Below the pieces are notes generated by a model. That model was not told the origin of the DNA. It worked only from the letters and a program-made list of their open reading frames with translations, and did no database searches. From contig MNCI01002568.1 of the NCBI GenBank assembly GCA_015680685.1, forward strand, positions 580,258 to 644,257: DNA of 64,000 nucleotides, given 5' to 3'. The DNA is from Gnetum montanum. Taxonomy: Eukaryota; Plantae; Gnetophyta. Positions 1-12,626 of this stretch are shown in pieces. Numbering within the stretch: position 1 is the first letter of the stretch; the number at the start of each line of letters is the position of its first letter. A program made the position numbers and the translations under genes.

Positions 1-575
1 AAGCTCATCGAAGGGATGATGACATTGCAATTGTGAATGCTGACATGATTTATTGGGAAGCCATGGACATTTGATACTTTTGAGAATGCTTTCAAGGTGC
101 TACAAAAAGATGTTTCGATAAGAAATAATGCTCCTGGTGGCATGGTTGAGTTTAGGAAATCATTGACGTTGAGTTTCCTTTTCAAATTCTTTGGGTGTCT
201 AAAAAGGTACATCTTGAAATTCTTGATTTCTACAAGTCTACAGTGACTCCTTATGAAAATATGCCATCTTATGGAATTGGCACAATGGAACAGGAGTGGG
301 TCTTCCAATCGCTCATTTTTCAGCAAAGCTTCAAGTTTAGGACTCACTGGTACTAAAATTGGCTGTGGAAAAGTTGGTTGTGGAGCATGCACTGTTCTTA
401 TGTCTCATTATAATCCAGAGAAATAGAAATCAATTCATTGAGTTTGGCTCTATTGTACTCTATAGAGGGAATGCATGTAATTACTGAGGGTGTAGGAAAT
501 CAACAAAATCTTCATCCTATCTAGGAACTGTTGGCTAAATCTAATGAATCTCAATGTAGATTCTACACACCAGGA
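1..575 (+). pseudogene. XDH: Processed, internally deleted, exon-permuted xanthine dehydrogenase fragment
   Basis: Manual translation across frameshifts: AHRRDDDIAIVNA, IGKPWTFDTFENAFKVLQKDVSIRNNAPGGMVEFRKSLTLSFLFKF and [17 protein letters not shown] (FAD domain end and linker). From 335: [25 protein letters not shown] ... LYSIEGMHVITEGVG ... LHPI*ELLAKSNESQCRFYTPG (2Fe-2S domain). Stops and deletions present, no introns. Confidence 0.92.
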
Positions 576-582
576 AGTAAAA

Positions 583-600
583 ATATATATATATATATAT
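583..600. repeat. (AT)n microsatellite
   Basis: atatatatatatatatat immediately after the XDH fragment. Confidence 0.9.
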
Positions 601-1481
601 GAACGGTGAGACAGAAACCACTAAAACATGAACAATAGGCAGAACCACATGCGTGTTTGGCCATGCGAATTTCAAAGATCTCCCAACAGGTGAAATCTGG
701 AAAATTACAACAAAAGCAATCAGATGTAAATTAATGCAATAATCTGTAACAAAAAAAACTGGGCGGATTTGTAAACAAAAAATTTCTATGAACAGTTCCA
801 CACAAAAGCAAACCCAAAATGGGCACAAAAAGGAAACGGCGAAATCGTAGTTCACTCAGTTTTGGTGAGCAGCGCTGCCATGGGGACGCCAGAAAACTTC
901 TTGAGAGCTATGGCGGTGCTTTCACCATGGCATGGGTGCGAGGCGCCAGGGCATGCACACCTCTGGAAGGTCTGCAATTTTTGGCGGCATTTTGCAGGCT
1001 GCAATAGATGGCGCGTGGGCAAGATCAGCAGCAGTAGGATGGCGGTGGCACCGGCATGGCGTTGTGGACATATGCCGACAGAAACATGTGGCTGCGGCAT
1101 GCACGAAAATGGCCATGGCGTAGTGAGGCCATTAGGATTTTTCGCAGGTTTCTGTAGCAAGGGTTTGTAGGGTTTCGAGTCAGAATCAAAATTTCCAGCA
1201 GAGCAACGACAGAAAGAGCAGCAGCAGCAGAGCAACGGCAGCGAAAAGGAAGACTGCGCGTGGGCGGAAGATCAGCAGTGGAAAGGAGCAGAATAGTCGT
1301 GGCAGACACGGAAGATGCAGAGCAGTGGCACCAGCATGACATGCGGTCGCAACGGTCAGAAGAGGGCGGTAGCAGCATCAGCATGTCAATATTTTTATTG
1401 CCTAGGGGAATTACATTAAGGGTTTTTTTTACACATACACACAGCGCATGAGCGGAGGATAGAAACATGTGGCTATGATCT

Positions 1482-1712
1482 GTTGCTATTGAGCTTACTG
1501 GAGGCCCTGACATTCCTTTCCACCTGGGGAGACTGGACAAGTCTGAGCAGGATCAGCTAGAAGAGGGACATCTACCGATGCAACCAAAGGTGCCAGTCAT
1601 TTGAGGGATATATTTTTACCGAATGGAAATAACTGACTAGGAGATCGTTGTTCTTTCGGGAGTGCACACTCTTGGACGCTGCCATAAGGAGAGATCAGCA
1701 TTAGAGGACCTA
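1482..1712 (+). pseudogene. APX: Processed ascorbate peroxidase fragment
   Basis: VAIELTGGPDIPFHLGRLDKSE..EEGHL(fs)DATKGASHLRDIF(fs)YRMEITD*EIVVLSGVHTLGRCHKERS. Continuous through positions where plant APX genes normally have introns. Confidence 0.9.
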
Positions 1713-1964
1713 GGCTTGAATATTTTTATTTTTACTTCACAAAGAACAAATCAAATAGCAAATATCTGATAAATAAAGGCCCTGTGGGAAAATTTTTTGT
1801 GTATTTTTGAGGGTTAGATTACATGATTTTATAAAACCATCCAACCACCACCTCCTATATTGCCAAAAAAGCAAAATAAAGAGGATATATATGTATGGAG
1901 TAAGTTGCAACTATAGCTTGTATTTCTATGCAACTTAGTAATTATATTTTAATTTTCTATGATA

Positions 1965-2205
1965 TTGTCTCCACAATGGCCACATGTCAAATATAGCCTT
2001 TTTGTCTCCACAATGGCCACATGTCAACTATAGCCTTTTTGTCTCCAGAATGGCCACTTGTCAACTGAACGAAGACACTTGGCAACTGAAAGGCCACTTG
2101 TCAATTGCATGGGACACATGTCAACTACAACTTGTTTCTCTCCATGGTGAACACTTGGCGACTGAATGAAGACACTTGGCAATTGAATAGGAAACTTGTC
2201 CATTG
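1965..2205. repeat. Cluster of short degenerate direct repeats (tggccacatgtcaact / acacttggcaact)
   Basis: About 8-9 variants, e.g. gtctccacaatggccacatgtcaa present twice. Confidence 0.75.
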
Positions 2206-2249
2206 TAGCTTTTTTATTTCTATGGTGGTTAAACCACCCAAGATATTTT

Positions 2250-3563
2250 TGTAACTTCCCTGCCTACCTTGGAACCCTACAAAAAGGCTTCAAGGGTCAA
2301 AAAATGGAAGGAGATATATCATCATCATACTTGGGGTCTCATACATCACATTATGAAGGCTACTAGTTAGCACTTGGGCTCTTACTTGAAGACACTTTGA
2401 GTCTTGGAAGAAGAGCATTTTGTAAAGAAGAAAGTGTGAACGATTGCTTGCAAGATGGCTTGCTAGAATAAAGATTTCAGCCTCTTTGTCATGGTCCTAT
2501 GAGTTATGCATTTCATTTTTTGTTTTGTTTAAATTGTTTAGCTAGTGGTTTAGATAGTATCATCCTTGGTAAGTAATTTTGGGATTTTTAGATTGCTCTT
2601 ACTGTTCTTGTTGCCCAATAGAAATTTCTATTAAAATTTTGCCATAGAAGTGCTTGTGTTTAAAAGCCTTAAGAGCATTTTAGTAGTAAATTTTGTTATT
2701 GTGCAACGTGTGGGAACTGCTATTGGGATTGTTGTAGGAGAGCTTCTGTTTGTAGTCACGCCGTTGAACAATTCAATAGTCGAGAGGGTTCAGAAAATCT
2801 TTGGTATTTTGATGGGACCAGAATAGCTTCTTTTCATCTTTAAAGTGAATTCTTGTGGTATTTCAATCAGAAATTGTCAAGTCTTTTAAAGGTTCTGTTT
2901 GAATGCAATCGTTGACATCTATTATCTAGTCAAAATGGAGTCTCGTACGTGGTAGTTTACGCAGCAATTTTTGGTAGCATAATAGGATTGTCTCGAAGAT
3001 ATTGCTTGTTTGAACCTTGGAAGTTTGAACAATTTATAGATATTGAATTTGGGATAGCTTTATTGTGAAGTGTTTACTCGTGTCATTTTACCTTCTTTAA
3101 ATATTTGAGGTCTACACAAATCTGCTTTCTTTTCTTTTTTGCTTATTTCCATCGAATCTTGCTCTATTTCTAGGTTTCTTGTGGAACTATCTCTTTCTCT
3201 AGGGAAAATTAGGAGTAGATTGCAGAGTTGTGCTTAAATGTTTCTACAAAATTTTATTTGTTACAAGTAGGTATTATAAGGACCGCGTAGACTAGGTAGT
3301 TGAACAAAATAGGAAATTTTCAATGACTCACAGTACTTGGCAAAGTTGGCTGAATCTCTTTAAAGTAAGTCATTTGTAGTTTACATACAATTCAATCGTT
3401 ACATTTCTCACAACCGCACGCCGCAACAACACACACACATACTCACATTAACTATTGAGTTTATTTGGAGGTATTTGGGCCTTGGTGTTGCCAGAGACCA
3501 GCAGGCACCTAAATCCTGTTCTAGGACACTCGTTGGTGGCTGCGTCCCAAACGGTCGCCAACA
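2250..3563 (+). mobile_element. Probable LTR abutting the Athila-like gag
   Basis: Non-coding and ends ...ggtcgccaaCA exactly where the minus-strand gag reading frame is interrupted. Left boundary is uncertain and no clear TSD was found. Confidence 0.4.
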
Positions 3564-6500
3564 CTGGTATTGTTCCTACGATTGAGGATAAGCCTTGCTA
3601 GGATAGTACATTTGTTGGTAGGACTATTGGAAATTACCTTGTGGATAAGGTAACTATCTAGGCATTTGTTCTTTGACAAATTTTTGGTTTAGTACATATG
3701 TCGAGAACTCTTGGAAGTGGGCCATAATAGAACAATATCCCTTAGAATGTGCATACTGGTACACTTTGCATCCCTTGTTATCCTTTGAATTGGAGTATGT
3801 TATTTCCTCTACTACAGTAAGTTTTTCTTTGTTCCTATAGTTCTCTTGTCCATTGTATCTTCTTTTCCTTGCTTCGATTTAGAACTTGTTCCATCTTTTG
3901 CTCTACTATCTTCAATGTTGTAGAAAATTTCTCATGTATAGAATCCCAAATTTTCTTTACCTTTGTTGCAATTTCGTTGACCAATTTTTGGACTAGTAGA
4001 GTTTTCCATTGGATTGTGTCTTTCAAAGTTTCTTCTTGTGATTCACACATTTTCACATCTCTTTTCTTGATTATTGGATCTTTATTATATTCTTCAGCTG
4101 ATTCTCTTTTCTTCAACTTTACTTCTTTTGCTACTTGATTAATGAGTATTTAAATATGATGAGCTATCATCTTGTATAACCTACCTTGGGCATATAGCCC
4201 AAGTATTTCTCTTATCTTGTTTCTTAGTCCATCGACTATGTGTCTAGGTTGTTTTGTTTGAGAAAATCCATGGCTTGGGCACCAATGTAATAGTGAATAA
4301 TACTTGCCCATTATTGCATCAAAGGATTCATGTGTTCCTTGTTTCCATTCTTGGATCTATTTTCTCAAGTTAGAGACTCTAGAATAAGTTTGATATTTGT
4401 CATTGAAGAGCTTTAGCATGGTACTCCATCTTTGAATTAATTTTGTATCTAAGGATTTGTACCATCTCTCTGCTTTCTTTATGAGTGTTCTAAAAAAAAA
4501 TTTAATTTTTGTCAATCATTTTCAATATTTTGTAGTGCACAAGCATCATTAAAGGCTTGAAGATAGTGTTGTGGATCTACATTATATTTGCCTTTGAGTT
4601 TGGATATATTATTCATGTCTAGTCACTTGATGTGATTATCCCTTACATTCCTAGTGAGAATATGCATGGCTTTGATGATATTAATCATATTTCAAGTTGT
4701 CATTAAGGGTTCTTCATAGTCTTTAGGTTCATGAGCTCTATTGTAGTTATGATCCATTCGATTCTCATAATGTTCTATCTCTTCACACCTAATCTTTTCT
4801 CTTCTTCTTTCATGGTTATCTTCTTCTTCATCAGGACGTCTTCTTCAATGTGCATATCTTTCATGATATTTTCATATTTCCTCATCATGATTCCTCAATC
4901 TTTATTCTCCCTTATCAGAATCCATAGTTGAGTGTGAGGAGAAAGAATAAGGAGTTGGAAAATGGTGCTGGTTGGTTCTCTTTCCATGATTTCTTGATTC
5001 ATCCCTTTTTTATTTAGTAGAGATCTTAGGCCTTGAGTTCCTCCTTAGTTTGGAGTCTTCCTTATCTTCTCTAAGTGTTTTTGCAAGAGCTAAATGTAGT
5101 TATATCTTAATGGAATCCTCAATACAAATGATTGGTATTTGAGAGTGGGATCCATGAGTTTAATAGAATTTTTCCATTTTGAACATAGCATCTTTTTTTC
5201 CTCTAGGACAACTATTTTAGTACTCTCTTTTCCTTATCATGCTTATGTCTTGTCTTCATAGTACCATCCCTTATTACCTAAGCCTTTGTTGGTTGGTATG
5301 GCCTAGTCATGTATTTGGTGATGTGATATCCCTCTTGCACATAGTCAAGGTTTGACCTATACGGATTGCTTGAAGCATTGATGATGGAAAACATTCCAAA
5401 GGTAAGATAATGTTACCCTGTAAATCTCTCCATCTTATTTTTTCATTTTTGGTAAAAGACAAATGTGAAGTCAAGATAATATGTATTAGTGTGAGCATAT
5501 GAAATTCTAGTTTGCATCGATGCACTCAAACCTTCTTCATTATACTTCCTATTATAATCCTTATTGAATTTAGTAGTAGGTGGTGATTTCTCCTTAGTTG
5601 TGGAAGCCACCTTAAGTTCTTAAGACTTAAGTGTATGTGTACTTTTTAAGAAATTAGTTTAAATATGAAAGATGTACTTGATACAATGAACTTCATAAGA
5701 TCAACTAAGAGAACATTGACACATCCTCAGCAATGACACTAATGATGAGTGGTTGGGTATTCCAACACTACACCATATGAGTCATGAGTATTCATGTGTG
5801 ACCTAATCATAATCCATGGATGATCAATGTAAGTATGATATTGGTTGATGTTAGGTTCATATTTGTTATCTTCTCATGTTAAGTTAGTGAAGTTCAAGCT
5901 ATATGGTTTAACTCTTGGTGAAGCAACTGATATGTTGATGTTGTTAAGCTTTAGTTATCCTAAGTGCCAACATAGTAAAAATGAGAGTAAAGTCTATTAT
6001 AAAATCTAACTATGATAGAAATGTAAATCTAATCTAGCCAATGGAGATAAGTATCTATTCCTGGCTTGCCACACATGTTAATCGCTAATGTAACCATCAT
6101 TGGGATTAAAAAGTGAATCCACTACTGAGAAAATCAAGTTACTACTAGGTTACTAAATAATTATACTTTATGCTTGAAACTAGTTGTACTTATATTGATT
6201 TACTAAAAGACATTAAAAAATTAAAGTACTTGGAAAATTTCAATGACTTAAGAAAAGTAAACATGTTGGAAAGTAAAATTAAACTAAGTAAAAATAAGCT
6301 ACGTGAGATGTTGCAATGGTGAAAAATAATCTTGATCTTTATTTTCAGTTATGAATTCTATCTAAGAATAATTCACTCAAACAAAAAGATTCTATACATC
6401 TGTTTAACATCACTCTATGTATTCATCCTATCACTAAGTCTAAATCAGGAAAACAAACTACAAGAATTTGGCTAAGTATTGGAGAAAGATTGTTTGTTTT

Positions 6501-6678
6501 GACACAATGGTGGGTTGGTATTTATGGTATTTATAGGGATGACCATGGTACACTACATTGAATTAATGATGACATATGCAAACCTACAATATCGTAGATA
6601 CAATATTGTAATTGACCGATATAAGGATTTTATATGCATAATAACATTACAAATATTCGTTTTTAAGTGTAGATAACA
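3564..6678 (-). mobile_element. Athila-like Ty3/gypsy 5' remnant (5' LTR ~5743-6678, PBS, degenerate gag)
   Basis: Gag WYKSLDTKINSRWSTMLKLFNDKYQTYSRVSNLRK..WKQGTHES..KYYSLLHWCPSHGFSQ is homologous to the gag at ~48900-49150. Degenerate zinc knuckle ~3730-3770. PBS 5724-5741 reads tagtgtcattgctgagga on the minus strand, a deaminated TGGCGCCGTTGCCGGGGA. The LTR terminus tgatgag matches element D. Confidence 0.75.
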
Positions 6679-7479
6679 ATATAAGTAAGGATGAGAAACA
6701 CTAGGATAAAGAGGATGGAAAAGATGAAGACGTTGAAGTTGAACTTAAGGAAAAGTAACAAGTAGAGGAGAAGTATATTATAAAGGTGTTTTTCTAGTTT
6801 AGAATAAAATTATAAACATTAATTATAATAATGTGTTAAACCCTCTTTAAGTGAGGGGACTTCTTGTTATGAAAGTGTAATTATTCATGAAAACGTTTTT
6901 TTTGGTTTATCTTTAGAATTTAATATTAGTAACTTAAAGGTCATGCTAGCATGGAGTTGTAGAGTCAATAAATGATAACTAATAAGAACCAAATAAGAAA
7001 GAAAAGAAGGGACTATTCAAATTTAATCATAATGATCTAACCATGGTAGTAGTGTTGTATTACCTTGAAGGGTCCTAGTGTCATAGGATAACAATCCTAA
7101 GATCATCACCCTACTAATAATTTTTTATTAATCAATTTTTTATTTTTTCCTTATTCATTATTTGTTTAAAGCATGAATAAATTGCCGCTTTAAGTAAGTT
7201 CATACAATTAAAGACATCCAAAACATTTTCATATTTATGATCCAAAATTATAGTTTTAGTATTTTTTATATTAATATTTTCTTTAAAATTTTTTAAAGTA
7301 ATTTAACTTTAACATTTAATTATGAAAAAATATTAAAACAACATATATTTGTAAAATTTATAATCATTAGTATTAATAGCAATAATAATATATATAAAAA
7401 CATAAAAATTTGTTAAAATTTTTTATTAATAAAATGTTTAATTATAATAAAAAATTGTAAAATTAATTCTACCAATGCC

Positions 7480-10165
7480 AATCCTAAGCCTGGATATAAA
7501 AGAAGAAGGATTAACATAAGGTTGGCATCTAATTGTAAAACCTTGCCAAATCTCATGGATGAGTTTCATTTTAGATTTTGTAGATGCTAGGACATTCCCT
7601 AGAAGCCATGTTGGAGTAGGTTCACTCCAACATTAAATCACCTTTCCATACTAAATCCAAATATTATGAAAATATAATTAATTTTCTAGAAAATGAGAAA
7701 ACTAGCTATCTTTAATTATTCAAAAAGAAGATTACAACAAGGTTCCACAACCTACAAGACATCCAAAAGTGTCTTAGAATACTCAAATAATGTGGTAGAG
7801 AATGAGGCTTTATAACCACATAATGGTTGTTCTTAATGCAAGAAACAACTGATGAAGAATCTCTCCCATAATCTGAGATTGAGATTGCAACTCACATGTA
7901 AAACCAAGAACAGACATGCCAATACATTACATAATTGATCTTGGAGTTGCAACCACCTTTGCACTCATTCAGTGTGCTCTATCACACTTTTGGTAAGCTA
8001 TTTTCAACTCAAGAGCTCTTACAAAGACATCTCTCATGTCCTGTTATGATGGTACAAGCTTGAAACAAACCATTATTTATTGGCAAAGAGAAGACAAAAT
8101 ACCTAGAAACCTTTCCCCAACTCACTAGAGGATATTTAGCTATTTCCATCTTTTTTCCATCTTTTTCCAACTGTTTCTTGAATCGGAACAAGAAATTTTG
8201 GAAGTTTTTACACTCGTTTAGATTGTCTCTCATCTCCTCGAGATGTCTCATTGAGAAACAATGCTAGTAGGTGGGACATCTCATCCTAGGATGAGATGTC
8301 TCCACCATGGCTGAGATGTGTTAGCCTTACTTAGGATGTCTCAGCTAAGATGTCTCTCTAGAAATACCACAAATTTACCATAAGTACCATAAAATATCCT
8401 CAAAAGTACCTCAAATTACCTGAGATGTCTCACACTCAACTAAGATGTCTTAGAATTTGTTGAGACAACACACACTCAATTAAGATGTTTTATGCTTCTA
8501 TAAGATGTCTCACTTAGGATAGATGTCAAACATCCTAGACATCTCTAGAACATTCTAAGCATCTTCTTTGACATCCTAGATCTTGGACAAGATGTCTCAT
8601 TGGCCTCCAAGATGTCTCCATAAAGTTTGAAACCTACAAAAACACACATGTAAGGAAGAAATAACGGAATCAGAAGAGGTGTTTCTACACAAGTTCTTCC
8701 ACCATTCAAAAAGTGAACTCATGTGAACAAGGGAGTAGGGGATGAAGTGATCCCCCATGCATGAAGTTTAGTCTTATGAATTCATACATAATAATCCATG
8801 GACTGATCCTCCTAATGGATTAGGTACTCATGCCTCTTCACTTTCCAAGTGCTAGAAGCTTCCTTCCACTTGAGTATGATTGGCTTTCTCTCCATTATAG
8901 GCCTATACTAATTAATAGGCCTCTTCTACTCATCGATGGTATCTTGTATGGTATTCTCATTAATAGGTCCATGATAGTTTACAAGATTTGAAATAATAAA
9001 CACAAAAGGAATACCAACATCATTTGGTAAATCAATTTCAAAAGTATTATCATTAATGTTAGCCTTAATTTTAAAAGGCTCCATCTTCTTGACTTTCAAC
9101 TTGGAGAAGTTGACACCTCTCAACTACTTCTTCAAGTTAACCTAAACTAAGTTACCAATAGCAAAATATAGCTTCTATTTGTCCTCATTCCTCTTGAGAA
9201 CTCTCCCTTCATCCTTCTTCTCTAGATTTGATTTAACTTGTGTATGAAAATCCCTCATCTCTTGCACAAAATCAATGCTAATCTAAGCTTCATCATTAAA
9301 TCTCTTTAAAGTGTCCATCATCTTAGGAAAAAAATCATAATTCACCTTAAATGGACCTTTTCCAATAACAACATGAAAAGAATTATTGTACAAAAACTTA
9401 GCATGATACAACAAGTTTTCCCACTTGTTTGACTATCCACCACACAAACACTCAATATGTTTAGTAATGATTTATTTACTAGCACCATTTGGTCATTAAA
9501 TTGTGGATGATATGCACAAAAAAATATCAGTTTGGTCCCTAAAATTTTCCAAAGGCATCTCTAAAAGTAACTAGTAAAGTTGGAGTCTTTGTCACTAACA
9601 ATATTCAAGGGAATGACATGCGACTTCACAACATGTTAAAAAAATAAATTTGCAACATGAAAAGCATTACTTACCTTACACAGAATGAAGTGTTCCATCT
9701 TGGAGAATCTCTCTACAACAACAAAAATTACATCATTCCCACTCTTGGTTATTGGAATACCATTCATAAAATTCAAAGACACACTTTCCCATGAACCTTT
9801 GGGAATTGGCAAAGGCATATAGTGTCCATCCAACCCTTTACCTCCTTTGAAATTTTGACAAGTCAAACACTCCTTCAAAATTTTGAAGCTTTAGTTACCA
9901 TACCAAAATAATGTTTATGCACAAGTTCTAATGTTTTATTCCTATTCATGTAACTTGCCATGCCACTACAATGCTATATTTTTTCTAAAATCATAATTAG
10001 AAAAACATACCTTTCCATTTTTAAATAATAGTTCATCTTGAATATGATAGTCCATCCACTAGTTTTTCCTAATCATCAATGTCTCTTTGAGGCTTCTATA
10101 AACCTACCCAAAATCAACATCATGTTCATATAAATTAGAAAAATCACTCATACCTTACACATGAG
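7480..10165 (-). mobile_element. Ty3/gypsy (chromovirus-like) integrase remnant with 3' LTR (~7480-8690)
   Basis: ORF 9636-9878 ECLTCQ..YMPLPIPKGSWESVSLNFMNGIP..DVIFVVVERFSKMEHFILC; ORF 8926-9123 GPF-type module (EPFKIKANINDNTFEIDLP); possible chromodomain remnant ~8780-8890. The LTR contains many gagatgtctc repeats (8235-8620). Confidence 0.8.
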
Positions 10166-12626
10166 TGAAAAACTACAAAGAAAATCCATGTTGAAGCCCA
10201 TGACCAAAATCACTTGTAATTTGGTGGGAAATAATGGCAGACATAATTGCCTTATTTTTCCAACAACTAGCATTATAACCTTAATCACTAGAATTTGAGG
10301 TAGAATTTTTATCGTAAAATGTGAAATTTGCAGTTCATATGCTGCAATCTCACACATCTTAGCTTATGGAGGCTAAAAAATGCTTCATAAGTTGTGAATG
10401 CCTTGTCTTCCAAGTAGGAAAAGCTGTATTTTGAATGTATATAGGCTTGGGAAGGTTGAAAATTCCTTATAGATCATCAAATTTGCGTATTTCTTAGTTT
10501 TTATGTAGTCATGGTAGTTTTTACACTAGAGCCACTTGCAACTAGCATATAAAATTTAGGCTTCAATTTTTATGCTAGGGATACCTGCAACTAGCGTATA
10601 CAATTTGGGCATTGAATTTTTACATTGGGCAGTAATGAAGCTAGCATAAAAAGCATCAAAGTTTTCAAAGTTAATAAATACAATGCCAAGGGATGACCTA
10701 CACACACCAGAAATTTGCAGCAACTTGTTAGCAATCATGGCAAAGATCTGTAGCAATGAATCAATCACCAAATGGTCTATTTAAACTGAAGTTAACCACA
10801 TTGAAAAGACTTTTGGAAATTTTCATTTAGGATGAACAAAGAGACTTAGAGTAGTGTTGATTCACTAGAAGTCCATAATCATCCTCACATTTATACTACA
10901 GATCCAATGATAGAGAAACCAATAATTGAAACACCATCAAAATTACATGTTGTAACCTCTGTAGCCTTCACCCTATGAAACCTAAGGCTAGAAGATCATT
11001 ATAAATGTGAATATTGCAATCCAAGAGATGTAATTTCACATATTGTATGATTTTGATGTAGAAAAATGGCTCATAAGTGGTCCAAGCCTCATTCCCCAAG
11101 TGAAAAAATGTCATACAATGTCTATATTTGGGCTTGGGGAGGGGTGAGTTAAAAATGCCTTTTGGGAAGCCAAAATTGACATTTTGATAGGTTTTGTAAG
11201 TGGTATAAGATCTTCTATACTAGAAAAACCTACATGGGGATGTAACTCACCTACCTCTAGTGTGGATGCATGGGGATGTAACTCATCTACCTTCAACATG
11301 GGTGCATGGAGGGTGCAACTCACCTACCTCCAGTGTGGATGCATGGGGGTGCAACTCACCTACCTTGAACATGGATGCATGGGGGTGCAACTCACCTACC
11401 TCAAATGTGGATGCATGGGGGTGAAACTCACATACCCTTAGCATGGATGCATGGGGGTGTGACTTACCTAAACCTAGCATGGATGCCAACCCCAATGAGG
11501 AAGATCTATCCTCTAGCAAGGAAGATTTGTGTGCCCCTTGCACCCCCACCCACCCATCCCCCTCCCTCCAAAGTAAGGAAGATCTACCTCCCAGCAAGGA
11601 AGATCCACTTACCCCACCTAGACATGGTAGAAATTTGTAGCAAACATGAAGATCAAAAATCTGTAAAAACCAAAAGCCCATACCATTTTGAGGATCCACC
11701 CTTTTAGCATTTACATACCTTGGCATTTTTAGCATCCAAGAGCTTTTGTAATCCTGCAAAAATGTAGCTTCTTGGATCTGTTTAGTGTGGCACCCCATAG
11801 CCATTATTACCCCCCTTTGAGATTGTGAATCCCTTACATATCTTACCCTCCTTTTGCATCACCAATGTTGTAGATTTCATGCAAGAAGTAGCAAAGGTTC
11901 AAAAGAATTGGGAATTGTGGAACAATAGATTCCAAGCCCCCACCAAAGTGAATCCCCTTGCTATAGGCACATTTTATACATATTTCTTGAACCATTATTT
12001 GTTTCTTTTAAAATAAAGTTTATAGTTCTATTTGTGTGCAAGATAGATTTATTTGTTCCATTTCAATGCATTTATTTTCTTAGATCTACATCACATTTTT
12101 ATTTTTCTATCTAGGTTTTACATTTTCCAAGTCCCTAGGTGATCTACCGAATTGTCCAGCACATACTAAATCCCATTTTTGGAGGACCTAGGGATTCGAG
12201 GTTAAAGATAATATGCTAGGACTTTTAATTTTCTAGTGATTGAATTTTTTGATCACTAAAACAATGAGCATTAGCAGCAAAAATTTGAAACTACCAAAGA
12301 GTAAATTTGATTGTAGAACACATCCTAGTGACTACGTCGGGCTCTAAGCATACTCCATTTGGCTCTTTGTGCATTCAAAGCACATAAATTTTTACTTGTC
12401 TAAACTTTTTTCTTGCAAATAATTTTATTATTTTAATAGAAAGTGGTAGTTCATTTGTTTAGTGTAAATTTATTTTCTATTTCTTTTCATTTAGATATGC
12501 ATTTTTCATTTTATTTAATTGCATCATTAATAAGTTGTAAGTCCCTAGGTGATTGTCAAGATCGTATAGGGTGCTTTCAATTCTTTTCTTGAGGCCCGTG
12601 GGATTTGAAGTTAAATTTTTTCATCC
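10166..12626 (+). mobile_element. Element 0: 5' LTR of an older Tat-family element, split by element A (remainder 56557-~56606)
   Basis: Starts tgaaaaactac..aaatccatgttg, like the TGAAACAC LTR termini of A/B/E, and shares internal motifs with the A LTRs (atgtctatatttgggcttggg; gtccctaggtgat..gggattcgag). It resumes after the TSD at 56557. Confidence 0.7.
11230..11487. repeat. 36-bp tandem repeat, about 7 copies, inside LTR 0
   Basis: Unit ~tggatgcatgggggtgcaactcacctaccttgaaca. Confidence 0.92.

Noticed and set aside
819-1540. Several overlapping 60-170 aa ORFs
   Set aside because: They arise from GC-rich low-complexity sequence and have no recognisable domain.
7130-7470. Extremely AT-rich stretch as MITE or regulatory element
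   Set aside because: No convincing TIR or TSD; low complexity only.
11230-11487. CRISPR-like 36-bp periodic repeat
   Set aside because: Head-to-tail units with no unique spacers, no cas genes and a plant LTR context.
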